Assembly: GCF_001194135.2 (NCBI RefSeq)
Contig: NC_068986.1
Coordinates: 80,258,819 to 80,322,818 of the forward strand
Source: Octopus bimaculoides
Lineage: Eukaryota
Length of the DNA stretch: 64,000 nt
Direction: 5' to 3'
The notes under the pieces were generated by a model. The model worked only from the letters and a program-made list of their open reading frames with translations, did not search any database and had not been told where the DNA came from. The stretch's first letter is position 1; every line of letters begins with the position of its first letter. Below, in pieces: positions 63,151 to 64,000 of the stretch. Both the position numbers and the translations under genes were made by a program.

Positions 63151-63243
63151 GGAAATACGTAATTCCTGGAAATTTCCAAGGACTTCCTGGAAAGTTTCGA
63201 GGATTTCATGGAAAGTTCCTAGGATTTCATGGAAAGTTCCGAA

Positions 63244-64000
63244 GATAGAAAATGTCAATGTAACTTAGCGGTTCGGCAATTGATATCGATAAAATGTCCC
63301 GTAACTTAGCGGTTCGGCAATGGATATCGATAAAATGTCCCAAAGAATTTAGAGGATCGGCAATGGAGATCGATTAAATGTCCCCTGAACTTAGCAGATC
63401 GGCAATGAACATCGATGAACTGTTCCCGTAATTTAGCGATTCTGCAATGGAGATCGATAAAATGTCCCCGAAACATAGCGGTTCGGCAATGGAGATCGAT
63501 AAAATGTCCCCGTTATTTAGCGGTTCGGTAATGGAGATCGATAAAAAGTCTCCGTACCTTAGCGGTTCGGCAATGGAGATCGATAAAAAGTACCCGTATC
63601 TCAGCGGTTCGGCAATGGAGATCAATAAAAGTACCCGTATCTTAGCGGTTCGGCAATGGAGATCGATAAAATGTCAATGTAACTTAGCGGTTCGGCAATG
63701 GAGATCGATAAAATGTCCGCGTAACTTAGCGGTTCGGCAATGGAGATCGATAAAATCTCCACATAACCTAGCGGTTCGGCAATGGAGATCGATGAAATGT
63801 CCCCGTAACTTAGCGGTTCAGCAAGAGAGATCGATGAAATACCCACATAATCTAGCGGTTCGGGAATGAGGATCGATAAAATGTCACCGTAACTTAGCGG
63901 TTCGGCAAGAGAGATCGATGAAATACCCACATAATTTAGCGGTTCGGCAATGAGGAACGATAAAATGACCCCCGTAATCTAGCGGTTCGGCAATGAAGAT
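63244..64000. repeat. 42-bp minisatellite, ~18 units, continuing off the window
   Basis: Consensus ~GTCCCCGTAACTTAGCGGTTCGGCAATGGAGATCGATAAAAT. An isolated degenerate unit lies at ~62555-62591. Confidence 0.95.

Noticed and set aside
63374-63930. ORFs with 14-aa repeats (SISIAEPLSYGDIL)
   Set aside because: A by-product of a 42-bp unit divisible by three; open on both strands, with no splice or homology support.

Overview
AT-rich, microsatellite- and transposon-dense animal genomic DNA. The repeat families resemble those I recall from Octopus; the species is an inference. One protein-coding gene dominates the window: a minus-strand RRN3/TIF-IA orthologue (RNA polymerase I initiation factor). 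I reconstructed it by hand as 15 coding exons from 54083 down to 1788. All introns are GT-AG and phase-consistent; the CDS is 1842 nt (613 aa plus stop). A non-coding first exon probably lies near 57.8 kb. The introns and upstream region hold tRNA-headed SINEs, RTE LINE fragments and tails, relics of Gypsy, Penelope, REL-type LINE and mariner elements, piggyBac- and hAT-like MITEs, and a tRNA(AGC)-like pseudogene. Four observations stand out. (1) A 532-bp element with a 12-bp TSD, built from two head-to-head tRNA-headed arms that each carry a decayed minimal hammerhead ribozyme fold. (2) A 703-bp TIR element with an 8-bp TSD and a perfect telomeric palindrome/G-quadruplex at its exact centre. 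(3) A CpG-rich tandem foldback with internal TTAGGG beside the likely promoter. (4) A 42-bp minisatellite that appears to be amplified from a SINE core segment. There is no CRISPR or rRNA. Several short N-gaps carry duplicated flanks that look like assembly artefacts.
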